From the NCBI GenBank assembly GCA_964630875.1, contig CAZVXF010000008.1, positions 1 through 58,618 of the forward strand: a DNA stretch of 58,618 nt, written 5' to 3'. The stretch comes from an uncultured bacterium (lineage in GTDB: Bacteria; Chlamydiota; Chlamydiia; Chlamydiales; SM23-39). Shown in pieces: positions 20,495-30,245 of the stretch. The notes beneath the pieces are model-generated. The model was not told the origin of the DNA and made no database searches. It was given only the letters and a program-made list of their open reading frames with translations. Both the position numbers and the translations under genes were made by a program. How positions within the stretch are numbered: position 1 is the stretch's first letter; each line of letters begins with the position of its first letter.

Positions 20495-20728
20495 TTATTC
20501 TTCTGTATCTTCTGCGTCGTTAAGCCCTGATTCTTCTTCATTTCCTAATTGCGCAACTTTTTCTTGTTGTTTTTGCTGTTCTGCAGCGACAGCGCTTGGT
20601 TCCGCGACTGCATTTTCTGCAGCGCCAATCGCTTCAATTTCCTGGTTGTCGCTTTGATGATCATCGAACTCTTGCGCGGATAAACCGTAAAAACTAAGAG
20701 CTGCTGCCATTAACATTATTTTTTTCAT
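20495..20728 (-). CDS. Small exported acidic protein
   Basis: Signal peptide MKKIMLMAAALSFYGLSA; AGGAG ribosome-binding site. Confidence 0.75.
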   Translation of the reverse strand: MKKIMLMAAALSFYGLSAQEFDDHQSDNQEIEAIGAAENAVAEPSAVAAEQQKQQEKVAQLGNEEESGLNDAEDTEE

Positions 20729-20780
20729 ATATTCTCCTATTGTTCAACGTGATCCAACAAAGTACTAAAAAAATATTTAT

Positions 20781-20810
20781 TTGACAACTTTTTCATTCGG
20801 TTTATAGAAT
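20781..20810 (+). promoter_or_regulatory. sigma66-like promoter
   Basis: TTGACA-18 bp-TAGAAT upstream of 20837. Confidence 0.6.
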
Positions 20811-20836
20811 GCAATTAGACATTCTCGGAGAAATCA

Positions 20837-21265
20837 ATGGTCGCCAAGGCAAAAAAAAGAACAAAAAAACAGACGTCTCGCAAAAGTGTGAAGAAAAGAG
20901 CTGCAAAAAAAGTGACGTCTAAAAAAAGAACTGTGAAAAAGACGGCAAGCAGAAAAACTGCACAAAAAAGAAAATCCACACGAAAAGAATCCTCACTTTC
21001 CAATCATGAATCTCTTTGGAGAGCCTACAAAGGACTTCAAGAAAAAATTGACGACGCATGGAAGAAACTGCAAGCGGATGTAAAAAGAAAAGCTAAAACC
21101 GATGTTCTCACGGCCCATAAGAACCATTTGCTACTTTTGCTTGGCGAATGCAATTACATGGCACGTGAGTGCATGAAGTCAGCTGGCGAATCTGAATCAA
21201 GTGGATCCTCAGCATCTACAACACCTGTTGATACTGACAACAATCCTTTTAAGCATCGGCAGTAA
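20837..21265 (+). CDS. Histone H1-like basic protein with helical C-terminal domain
   Basis: First ~50 aa are K/R/T/S/A repeats (KKRAAKK, KKRTVKK). Confidence 0.7.
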   Translation: MVAKAKKRTKKQTSRKSVKKRAAKKVTSKKRTVKKTASRKTAQKRKSTRKESSLSNHESLWRAYKGLQEKIDDAWKKLQADVKRKAKTDVLTAHKNHLLLLLGECNYMARECMKSAGESESSGSSASTTPVDTDNNPFKHRQ

Positions 21266-21273
21266 GACCTCCG

Positions 21274-24168
21274 ATGCTTGTTGGATCTTCTTATCGTTCA
21301 TTTCGAGGGACAAAAAATCTTCCCTTGAAAGAACTCCAAAGTACACTGATCGAAGCTGTGCATGAGCCTACCGGCGCTAGAATCATGCACATTGCGAACA
21401 ACGACCCCGAAAATCTTTTTTGCCTCTCTTTTCAAACTCTTCCTTCGAGTTCTAATGGGGTGGCTCATATCTTAGAGCACATTGTTTTATGTGGATCCAA
21501 AAAATTTCCGATCAAAGATCCATTTTTTTCGATGACTAGACGGAGCTTAAACACCTACATGAATGCGCTGACAGGACAGGATTTCACCTGTTATCCAGCG
21601 AGCTCTCAAGTCGAGAAAGATTTCTACAATCTCCTTGAAGTGTATATCGATGCAGTATTCCACCCTGAGCTTAAACTCATGAGTTTTTTGCAAGAAGGGC
21701 ATCGGCTTGTTTTTACAGAACAAAAAACCCTGGAATTTCAAGGCGTTGTTTATAACGAGATGAAGGGATCTTTATCCTCAGCAGAACCGCGTCTTTGGGA
21801 AGTCGTGTTAAAACATTTAACTCCAGATCTTCCCTATGCTGTCAACTCTGGAGGAAATCCAAAAGTCATTCCAAGTCTCACTTATGAAGAACTCAAGAGT
21901 TTCCATCGCAAGTACTACCATCCATCGCGTTGTATCTTTTTCTTTTACGGCAATCTCCCTCTCGAGAAACATTTAGATTTCCTTTTAGAGAACGCACTTT
22001 CCGATGTTAAAAAAGAGGCCCCGTTACCTCTGATTCCTCTGCAAAAAAGATTTTTAAAACCTGTGACTATTCAAGCCTCTTACCCGATCGCAGAATCGGA
22101 ACCTACATTGAAAAAAACATGGATCGTTTTCTCTTTTCTAACAGCTCCTTTGCTCAATCAAGAAGAGGTTCTTGCCCTTTGCCTCATCGATAGTTTATTA
22201 ATGGATACAGATGCTTCACCTTTAAAAATTGCGATTTTAAAGTCAGGTCTTTGCACAAGCGCAGACTCATCTGTTGATGTAGAAATGAGCGAGATCCCCT
22301 TTTCGTTTATTTTTAAAGGATGCGTTGAAAAAAATGCGCCGGATTTAAAAAAACTTTTGTTCGATACGCTGAAAACATGTCATTTTAGTGAAGAGGAAAT
22401 CGATGCTTCTCTTCATCAATTAGAATTTGATCGTACTGAAATTGGCGCTGAGGGAGTCCCTTTTGGCCTTTCTCTTTTCTTCAGATCCGCTTTAAATAAA
22501 CAACATGGTAGTGAGCCAGAAAATGCATTGCTCATTCATACTCTTTTCCGCTCTCTTAGAAAAGATTTAAAAGATCCTCAATTCTTACAAAATCTGATTC
22601 GAAAATATTTCTTAGATAATCAACACTTCGTAAAAGTGATTTTTTCTCCAGACGCAAAGCTGAGCGCTCAAGAAAGAAATGAGGAAGAAGCTACACTGCG
22701 CAAACTTCTGCATGAAGTGGATGAAAAAAAGATCATCGCAGAGACTAAGGAACTTGCAAAATATCAAGAATCCATAGAAACGCAATCCCTTGATTGTCTT
22801 CCGAAACTGAATTTGAAAGATATTCCCAGAAAAGTGAAAGACTATCCCCTTTTTGAAACAAAAATGGATCAACTTCACGTCTTTCATCATCCTTGCTTTA
22901 CCAATCAAATCCTTTATGCAGATCTGATTTTTGATTTGCCTGCAATTGCAGAAAAAGACCTTCCCTTAGTTTCATTATTTGTCCATTTTCTAACAGAGCT
23001 TGGTTGTGGAGGAAGAGACTACGCAGAAAATTTGAGCTTTCAACAAGCCTATACAGGAGGTGTTCAGGCGTCTTTAGCAATGCATACACCGCGAGAAACT
23101 CCAGATCTTTTTTATCCCTATTTTTCTTTGCGAGGTAAGGTGCTCGCTCGCAATAGCGAAAAGCTTTTTTCTCTCTTTGCAGATTTTATGCAAGGAGTCG
23201 ATTGCACAGATCGCGAACGAATCCAAGAATTGCTCGAACAGCAAGCAACTGAATTACAAAATCGTTTAACGAAAAATGCCCTCAATTATGCGATACAAAC
23301 ATCCCTTCTTGATTTTTCAAAAATCGCTTTTGTTTCCGATCAGTGGTATGGGTTATCGTATTATCAGGCCGTACTTGAGTGGTTGAAGAAACCAGAGAAA
23401 ATTCCTGAAGAACTCCATCGCATTCAAAATCTGATTTTAGGGAAAGGGATTCCTCATTTGGTCATCTCTTCTGAGAAAGAGACATTCGATGAAATTCAAA
23501 ATCAGTCATTTTTTAATCTTCATAAAAAGCTTGAGACGCGCGAATTGATTCCTTGGAAAAGCGACTTTTCAGTCAAAAAACAACGATCCCAAGCGCGTTT
23601 TATCTCTTCGCCTGTTGCATTTACAGCAAGAGGCCAGCGTACGATTTGCTACAAAGATCCCCGCTCTTCCTTCCTCGTGCTTGCCTCAGAACTTTTGGAT
23701 AATACTCACCTCCATAAAGAAATTAGAGAAAAAGGAGGCGCCTATGGAAGCGGTGCCAATTACTCTCCACATACAGGCAATTTCCATTTTTATTCTTACC
23801 GCGATCCGAATCTGGCTAAAACCATCGGAGAATTCCAAATTGCTTTAGAAAAAATCAGCAAAGGTAATTTTAGCAATCAAGACTTAGAAGAGGCAAAATT
23901 TGGTGCAATTCAAAGTCTAGATGCCCCCGTTCCACCAGGCAATCGGGCAAAAACCGCCTATGCATGGTACCGTTCCGGCAGAACGCTTGAGGAGAGACAA
24001 AAATTCCGAGAAGCCGTTCTATCTGCAACGAAAGAAGATGTTGCAAATGCCGTCAGAGAACTATTATTGCCATCACCGCATGTCATTGTTTCGTTCTTAG
24101 GAGAGGATTTGTATCGCCGAGAAGAAAAAAAGCTTCACGACCCTCTTGACATTCTAACGATTCACTAA
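21274..24168 (+). CDS. M16C (insulinase/PreP-like) zinc metallopeptidase
   Basis: HILEH motif, FQGVVYNEMKG and IREKGGAYG. Confidence 0.95.
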   Translation: MLVGSSYRSFRGTKNLPLKELQSTLIEAVHEPTGARIMHIANNDPENLFCLSFQTLPSSSNGVAHILEHIVLCGSKKFPIKDPFFSMTRRSLNTYMNALTGQDFTCYPASSQVEKDFYNLLEVYIDAVFHPELKLMSFLQEGHRLVFTEQKTLEFQGVVYNEMKGSLSSAEPRLWEVVLKHLTPDLPYAVNSGGNPKVIPSLTYEELKSFHRKYYHPSRCIFFFYGNLPLEKHLDFLLENALSDVKKEAPLPLIPLQKRFLKPVTIQASYPIAESEPTLKKTWIVFSFLTAPLLNQEEVLALCLIDSLLMDTDASPLKIAILKSGLCTSADSSVDVEMSEIPFSFIFKGCVEKNAPDLKKLLFDTLKTCHFSEEEIDASLHQLEFDRTEIGAEGVPFGLSLFFRSALNKQHGSEPENALLIHTLFRSLRKDLKDPQFLQNLIRKYFLDNQHFVKVIFSPDAKLSAQERNEEEATLRKLLHEVDEKKIIAETKELAKYQESIETQSLDCLPKLNLKDIPRKVKDYPLFETKMDQLHVFHHPCFTNQILYADLIFDLPAIAEKDLPLVSLFVHFLTELGCGGRDYAENLSFQQAYTGGVQASLAMHTPRETPDLFYPYFSLRGKVLARNSEKLFSLFADFMQGVDCTDRERIQELLEQQATELQNRLTKNALNYAIQTSLLDFSKIAFVSDQWYGLSYYQAVLEWLKKPEKIPEELHRIQNLILGKGIPHLVISSEKETFDEIQNQSFFNLHKKLETRELIPWKSDFSVKKQRSQARFISSPVAFTARGQRTICYKDPRSSFLVLASELLDNTHLHKEIREKGGAYGSGANYSPHTGNFHFYSYRDPNLAKTIGEFQIALEKISKGNFSNQDLEEAKFGAIQSLDAPVPPGNRAKTAYAWYRSGRTLEERQKFREAVLSATKEDVANAVRELLLPSPHVIVSFLGEDLYRREEKKLHDPLDILTIH

Positions 24169-24313
24169 ATAGAGAATTGCAAAACTCCCCTGTGCGCAAA
24201 ATTTGAATCCAATAAAAAAGCGATCATCTTACAGATCGAAATAGTACTTACAAGCACTCTCTGTGGTAAAATTTTCTGTGATTTTCTATAATTCAACTTT
24301 TTTTGAGGTGACT

Positions 24314-25735
24314 ATGAAAAGACAAATCTTATCTATATGCATGCTACTGGCTCTCACCCATGTTGCTGAAGGAAAAGGATCGCAGGGAGATGAGGGCGCA
24401 AGTTTGCTTGAACAAACATCACTTGCCTTTACCCATATCGCGGATAAAGCAATGCCGGCGACGGTTTTCATTAAGACTCAGATCAAAGAACAGACTCAAG
24501 GGGCCAATCCTTTTGACATGTACGGCGATGATTTTTTCCGTAAATTCTTTGGTCCCCAATTTCAAAATCCACAACAGCAACAACAGCAGGTTGCCGGGGG
24601 ATCTGGATTTATCATTAGCAAAGATGGTTACATCGTGACGAATCATCACGTGATTAAAGATGCGTCTCAAATCACCGTCATCTTAAACGATGATCGAGAA
24701 TATATCGCCACGGTAAAAGGGACAGACCCAAGAACGGATCTCGCATTATTAAAGATCGAAGAGAAAAATCTTCCCTTTTTGACATTTGGAGACTCTGACA
24801 AACTTCGCGTTGGAGAGTGGGTTGTTGCAATAGGAAACCCTTTTGGTCTTGAAGCTACGTTAACTGTTGGCGTTGTAAGCGCGAAAGGACGGCAAGATGT
24901 TGGGATTGCCTCCTATGAAGATTTTATCCAAACGGATGCAGCCATTAATCCAGGCAATTCAGGCGGACCTCTTTTGAATCTTGATAGCGAAGTTATTGGC
25001 GTAAATACCGCAATTTTCAGTCGAAGCGGCGGATATATGGGTATTGGTCTATCCATTCCGAGTAAAATGGCAGAGCATGTGATCTGTCAGTTAATGAATG
25101 GTGGCTGCATTCAGCGCGCATATCTGGGAGTCATTTTACAACCAGTTGACAAAACTTTAGCAGACGCATTGAACTTGGAAAAACAAGAAGGAATTCTCAT
25201 TTCTGAAGTCATGAAGGATTCTCCTGCGGCAAAAGCAGGTCTTGAAAATGGGGATATCATCGTCCAATACAATGAAAAAGCAGTCAAAAACGTGAATAAG
25301 TTCCGCAATGATATTGCAATGTATAAACCAGGCTCAGAACTGAAGCTCGTCATCTTGCGGAATAATAAAAGAATCACCATCAAAGCCATCCTTGGAACGC
25401 AAAGCGAAGGAGAGGCGCTCTCTACTGAAGCAATCCAAAAAATTGGCTTACAACTGGAGAATTTGACACCAGAACTCGCAAGTCGTCTTGGTTACTCCTC
25501 GGACGTGGAAGGGATTGTCATTTCGAAAGTGAAACCAAATTCGCCTGCAGCTTTGGCTGGAATTCAAGCTTCTAATTTGATTACAGGCATCGCGTTTAGC
25601 TTAAACAATCAAAAACGGATCAGAAACATAACGGATTTTGAAGAAGCTTTAAAAGACATCGGAGATCGCAAACACATCATCCTGATTGTCAGACATCACA
25701 ATTATCAACGCTACTACACCGTTAAACTCAACTAA
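24314..25735 (+). CDS. htrA: HtrA/DegP serine protease with two PDZ domains
   Basis: TNHHVI, DLALL and AINPGNSGG; GAGG before ATG 24314. Confidence 0.96.
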   Translation: MKRQILSICMLLALTHVAEGKGSQGDEGASLLEQTSLAFTHIADKAMPATVFIKTQIKEQTQGANPFDMYGDDFFRKFFGPQFQNPQQQQQQVAGGSGFIISKDGYIVTNHHVIKDASQITVILNDDREYIATVKGTDPRTDLALLKIEEKNLPFLTFGDSDKLRVGEWVVAIGNPFGLEATLTVGVVSAKGRQDVGIASYEDFIQTDAAINPGNSGGPLLNLDSEVIGVNTAIFSRSGGYMGIGLSIPSKMAEHVICQLMNGGCIQRAYLGVILQPVDKTLADALNLEKQEGILISEVMKDSPAAKAGLENGDIIVQYNEKAVKNVNKFRNDIAMYKPGSELKLVILRNNKRITIKAILGTQSEGEALSTEAIQKIGLQLENLTPELASRLGYSSDVEGIVISKVKPNSPAALAGIQASNLITGIAFSLNNQKRIRNITDFEEALKDIGDRKHIILIVRHHNYQRYYTVKLN

Positions 25736-25764
25736 ATGTGAAGTTATAGTCGTTGAAAATAGCG

Positions 25765-25788
25765 CCGAGAAATTCGTTGGTTTCTCGG
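25765..25788. terminator. Hairpin between convergent genes
   Basis: CCGAGAAA-8 nt-TTTCTCGG. Confidence 0.5.
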
Positions 25789-25790
25789 TA

Positions 25791-26648
25791 TTATTTCTTC
25801 TCATCGTGCGTTTCTTTTTTGCTCAAGATAGCCATCACTCCTCCAACGAGAATTAAAGCCGTTCCGGCAAGCGCTAAGATCGAGGGAGTCTCGTCAAAAA
25901 GCCACCATCCTAAAAGTCCACCAAAGGGAATCGCTAAATAATTCACAGCGCTAACCTTCGTTGACCCTGCGTATTTGAGTGAACGTGCATAACAATATTG
26001 AAAAAGGGCAGCAATAAGACCAATTAAACCAAGATTTATCCAAATAATCGGATTTGTAATGGGTTGCCAAAAATAAATCATCGGAAAGAAGGTGACTACG
26101 GTGATGATCACAAAGTAATGCGTCAAAATTTTCTCGATTGACTCTGTAATCGACAATTGTTTGATACCAATTTGGACAAAAGCACCGCAAAGCCCTCCAA
26201 ATAAACCAATGAGCGCGGCAATTAGATGAATATGACCGTCCGGATGCAAGATAATCACAACACCTAAAAATCCAATGAGCAAGGCCAGAATGCGTGTTTT
26301 TGTAACAACTTGTTTAAGCCAAAAGAAAATCACTACAGGCAGAAAAATTGGCGTTGTATTGCTAAATGTCAGCGCATCCATGATAGCCAAGTGATAGATT
26401 GAGTAGAGGAAGCAGGCCATTGTGAGAAGACCCGCAACAGCCCTAGGAGTATGCAACCGAATACTCGTTGGGGTAAGAATGACTCTTCTTTGCCATAAAG
26501 AAGGGAGAACAAATAGAGAACATATCGCAAAACGAAAAAAAAGAAGCGTTGTGACAGGAACTGGAGTATACCGCACTAAAATTGCACTCACAGCGCTCAA
26601 AGCAGCGGTTCCAACGGCAACAAGCAAACCATGATGCTCTTTATGCAT
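25791..26648 (-). CDS. EamA/DMT family transporter
   Basis: ~10 transmembrane segments, FFRF, GFLGVVIILHP and LFDETP. Confidence 0.9.
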   Translation of the reverse strand: MHKEHHGLLVAVGTAALSAVSAILVRYTPVPVTTLLFFRFAICSLFVLPSLWQRRVILTPTSIRLHTPRAVAGLLTMACFLYSIYHLAIMDALTFSNTTPIFLPVVIFFWLKQVVTKTRILALLIGFLGVVIILHPDGHIHLIAALIGLFGGLCGAFVQIGIKQLSITESIEKILTHYFVIITVVTFFPMIYFWQPITNPIIWINLGLIGLIAALFQYCYARSLKYAGSTKVSAVNYLAIPFGGLLGWWLFDETPSILALAGTALILVGGVMAILSKKETHDEKK

Positions 26649-26660
26649 ATTAGACCACGA

Positions 26661-27032
26661 TTAACCTTTGATTTTCTGTAAGCGATCTAAGACAACGCGC
26701 GCTTCAAAGGCTTCAGGGGATGGCCCATTTTCTACAATCTGCTGAAGAATTTCCCTTTCTTTAAGAAAAAAATTTTTCGATCCCTTTTCCATCTGTTTTT
26801 CAATCATCGTGAGCTGTGATTGTTGAATTTCCGAAGCTAAATGGTCGACTTCGTCGCTCGCGACCTTCAGATTTCTTTGAGCATATTCGAGTTTTTTTTG
26901 CAAAATAGCGATTCTTTGTTTTTGTTTTGTCAAAGGCATCGCCTGCACAACATTTTGATTTTCTCCAAGATGAAAACCCTGAGTCATGCATCCTGAGAAA
27001 ATGATACTAAGGACAATCAAAAACCTCTTCAT
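26661..27032 (-). CDS. Putative lipoprotein with coiled coil
   Basis: Lipobox-like FSGC after a hydrophobic leader. Confidence 0.7.
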   Translation of the reverse strand: MKRFLIVLSIIFSGCMTQGFHLGENQNVVQAMPLTKQKQRIAILQKKLEYAQRNLKVASDEVDHLASEIQQSQLTMIEKQMEKGSKNFFLKEREILQQIVENGPSPEAFEARVVLDRLQKIKG

Positions 27033-28175
27033 CTAAGACCTCATCTGATCAACAAATTCATTAAACTGGCGAGACGTCTTTAGCGCTACAAAAATCTCTT
27101 CTTGAAGGATTTTTTCTAAGTTGACATCTCCATGTTTCCAGGCAGTTTGCAACCATCCGCCGGCAAGTTTTGGTTCTTTGAGTCGTGCAAACGCTCTTGC
27201 GTTGCGAAGAGCCACTTCTTTTGTAGATTGGATTTGATAGCAGCTACTTGATAGCTTGGCAACGAGCTTGTCATTCATAAATTCTTCAGCAAGCTTCTGC
27301 ATCACACATTTCGTTTCATCGGACAAGTGATCCTGCTCTGGAAGCATCAGCTCGTAGGCCTCTTTGCGCTCTCCCTCTTTCACTTTGATGAGCGCAAGAT
27401 ACTGCCGAGCAGCCGCTGCAAGTACGCCTCGTTTCGTCTTCTCTAGAACCTTTGCAAAAGCTTCCTTTGCAACATCTGCTTGCCCTTCTCTCAGAGCCAT
27501 TTCACCGGATTGAAGAATTTTTTTTGTCTCCTCGTCGCGGTCAAAACCGGTAGCATAGCGACTTTGGCGCCAAAGATCAAAGCTTTGAAAAGCAAACAGG
27601 AAAAATAAGGCGCCCGCTAAAAACATCTGGACCATAAAAAAAGCAAAAGCAAAAACAGCGGAAAGAATCGCGCCGATCAATAAGGATGCTTTAAACCCTT
27701 TAATGCCAAAATTTGCCTCTAAAACAATGCGTAAAAGCTGCCCTCCATCGAGAGGAACAACCGGTAAAAGATTCACAACAGTCCAAAATACATTTGCAAG
27801 AGCCGTCATTTTTAAGATCGCTGTCGGTAAGGGCGACCAATGAAATTGTAAAAGCAAAGTCGCAATCACATACAATAAAAAACCAAATAGAGGTCCATTG
27901 AAAACGATGAGAAATTGTTGCCAAAACTTCAATTTTGGACCATCAAAGGAGGTCACTCCGCCCATTGCAACCAGCTGAATACGCGCTTTTTGCTTAAAGA
28001 AAACCGAAGTTAAGGCATGTCCATATTCGTGAATCAATACAGAAAAGAAAATGATTCCTATCCAAATGAACATCCACAAAAAAGAGCCTGCAGAGTTAAT
28101 CCATCCAATGAATGCCGCAAGAACCCAAAAAAAGGGATGTATTGCGATCGGGATTCTTCCTGGAATTTCTATCAT
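27033..28175 (-). CDS. M50 site-2 intramembrane metalloprotease with C-terminal TPR-like region
   Basis: HEYGH and NLLPVVPLDGG. Confidence 0.9.
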   Translation of the reverse strand: MIEIPGRIPIAIHPFFWVLAAFIGWINSAGSFLWMFIWIGIIFFSVLIHEYGHALTSVFFKQKARIQLVAMGGVTSFDGPKLKFWQQFLIVFNGPLFGFLLYVIATLLLQFHWSPLPTAILKMTALANVFWTVVNLLPVVPLDGGQLLRIVLEANFGIKGFKASLLIGAILSAVFAFAFFMVQMFLAGALFFLFAFQSFDLWRQSRYATGFDRDEETKKILQSGEMALREGQADVAKEAFAKVLEKTKRGVLAAAARQYLALIKVKEGERKEAYELMLPEQDHLSDETKCVMQKLAEEFMNDKLVAKLSSSCYQIQSTKEVALRNARAFARLKEPKLAGGWLQTAWKHGDVNLEKILQEEIFVALKTSRQFNEFVDQMRS

Positions 28176-28211
28176 AGTTTTCAAACAATCTTTCTGATAG
28201 ACTTACACCGT

Positions 28212-29099
28212 ATGTTAAATTTTATCAAAAAGATTTTTTCACCATTCGCTAAAATTAAATCGCAATTGGGCGCAAAAATTCGCTTCCTATTTTCTCGCGG
28301 TGTGGATGAGTCGACCATTGAGCATTTAGAACAAATTTTTTATGAAGCCGATCTTGGCGCAAAAGTATCCACTGAACTTGCTGAAAAAATTCGTCGCCAA
28401 AAACCAGAACCTAAAACAATTATTCCTTTCATCAAGTCAGAACTACAGAAAATTTTTACATCTCTACCTCCAGTTTCTCTTCAATCTCCCCATGTCATTT
28501 TAATTGTAGGCGTGAATGGAAGCGGAAAAACAACGAGCATTGCAAAACTTGCGCGCCACTACAAAAAACAAGGCAAAAAAGTACTGATTGCTGCTGGAGA
28601 TACGTTCCGAGCAGCAGCCGTTGAACAACTTGAAGCCTGGGCCAAAAGAATCGATGTAGACATTGTGAAATCGCAAACGTTTGCAGATCCATCAGCTGTT
28701 GCCTTTGATGCTTTGAGTGCAGCCAAAGCGCGGAATACAGATATCGTCCTCATTGATACAGCAGGTCGACTGCAGAACAAAACCGATTTGATGCACGAAC
28801 TTGCAAAATTGCGCAGAGTCTGTCAAAAACAGATCCCCGACTCCCCTCACGAAACTCTACTCGTCATTGATGGAACAGTGGGTCAAAATGCCCTTGATCA
28901 AGCGCGCGTTTTCCATGAATTTACACCCATTACCGGAATTATCCTCACAAAACTTGATGGTTCTGCAAAAGGTGGAATCGCAGTCTCCATCCAAAAGGAA
29001 CTCAATATCCCAATTCGTTGGGTCGGTATGGGAGAGGCTGAAGAAGATCTCTTCCCTTTTGATGTGGATGCCTATCTAGATGCCTTATTAAAAGAATGA
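28212..29099 (+). CDS. ftsY: SRP receptor FtsY
   Basis: GVNGSGKTT, DTFRAAA, DTAGR and TKLDGSAKGG. Confidence 0.96.
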   Translation: MLNFIKKIFSPFAKIKSQLGAKIRFLFSRGVDESTIEHLEQIFYEADLGAKVSTELAEKIRRQKPEPKTIIPFIKSELQKIFTSLPPVSLQSPHVILIVGVNGSGKTTSIAKLARHYKKQGKKVLIAAGDTFRAAAVEQLEAWAKRIDVDIVKSQTFADPSAVAFDALSAAKARNTDIVLIDTAGRLQNKTDLMHELAKLRRVCQKQIPDSPHETLLVIDGTVGQNALDQARVFHEFTPITGIILTKLDGSAKGGIAVSIQKELNIPIRWVGMGEAEEDLFPFDVDAYLDALLKE

Positions 29100-29193
29100 A
29101 CGATGACCATTACAAAACCGGAGCTAAATCAATTTACGAATTTATCCTTTAATCAAAAAAATAAAAAATGTTAAAAAGTTCTCATGAAGCGCC

Positions 29194-29631
29194 TTAACCT
29201 TCGAGCATTTCGAATGCCAATTCTTTGGCAATTTTGCCATCGACACCATTGTTGATTTTCATCACACCTTTCATCACAAGGCCAAGTTCTTTTCTTGTTT
29301 TCGCGCCCGTTTCAAGAATCGCTTGAGCAACAATTTTTCGTGTCTCTTCAAGATTTGGACTTTTAGGCAAAAATTCTTGAATGATTTGCAGTTCGACTTT
29401 TAAAGGCTCTGCAATATCCATTCGATTTGCACTTTGCGCTTGTTCTAATGACTCTTGGAGATTTCCATAATATGTTTTAAAGATTTTGATCACTTCGCTA
29501 TCTGGCAAACTGGCGCGCGCATCGACTGCCAAGATTTTTGCTTTTAGCATACGGAGCGTTGTGAGTCTCAATTGATCACGATTTCGCATCGCTTCTTTAA
29601 TTTGGTCATTGACCTGTTCAATAATTGCCAT
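29194..29631 (-). CDS. GatB/YqeY domain protein
   Basis: KEAMRNRD..LRML, EFLP and LGLVMK. Confidence 0.88.
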   Translation of the reverse strand: MAIIEQVNDQIKEAMRNRDQLRLTTLRMLKAKILAVDARASLPDSEVIKIFKTYYGNLQESLEQAQSANRMDIAEPLKVELQIIQEFLPKSPNLEETRKIVAQAILETGAKTRKELGLVMKGVMKINNGVDGKIAKELAFEMLEG

Positions 29632-29756
29632 AGGATCTCCAGTTAAGATAAGGATAAAGAGGTATTTAAATTATTCGCAATGTTCAAAATCAGCAAAATC
29701 TGCTACGCTTTACGGCGCTCGCTTAGGCTATGTGCATTTTAATGTGAAAAAATTGT

Positions 29757-30245
29757 ATGAAAAATACAGATTCGTGGTTTCAATTCTCTCCGCGTCTAGA
29801 TATGATCGCAAGACGCTCTTTAGCCTTATGTTTTATCCTTGAAGAGTTGATCAAAGAAAAGAAAAATTACGACTGTTTAAGTTATTACTGCGAAAACCTC
29901 ACGAACGAAGATGCACTTCACAAAGAAATAATGAACTTAAAAATTGCAAAACTTGCAGGTAAAGCGGAACAAATTTCTTCTTTTTTCTTGGCTCTCATGC
30001 CTTTTCTTTTTCAATCGCGAACGGATGAAAATATTCTCATAAAACTTCTTGAGATTAAAGATGCTTTAAATCAAAAATTAGGCCCAAATTCCATTGAAAA
30101 TCTTCTCTCCAGTTTTTCTCCTTTAGGATTGACTTATGTAAAAACAATCGTTTCAGAAGGGTTAACTCGGAGGGGTTTCACCTCTTTTCTTGCAGAAAAA
30201 GAGCATTTAATGAATACGATTGAGTCATGTCCTACGCAAGTTTAA
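29757..30245 (+). CDS. Hypothetical protein
   Basis: 162-aa ORF overlapping the next gene in an operon with priA. Confidence 0.7.
   Translation: MKNTDSWFQFSPRLDMIARRSLALCFILEELIKEKKNYDCLSYYCENLTNEDALHKEIMNLKIAKLAGKAEQISSFFLALMPFLFQSRTDENILIKLLEIKDALNQKLGPNSIENLLSSFSPLGLTYVKTIVSEGLTRRGFTSFLAEKEHLMNTIESCPTQV

Noticed and set aside
24254-24280. CIRCE element before htrA
   Set aside because: Only an AGCACTC half-site; the second arm is absent.
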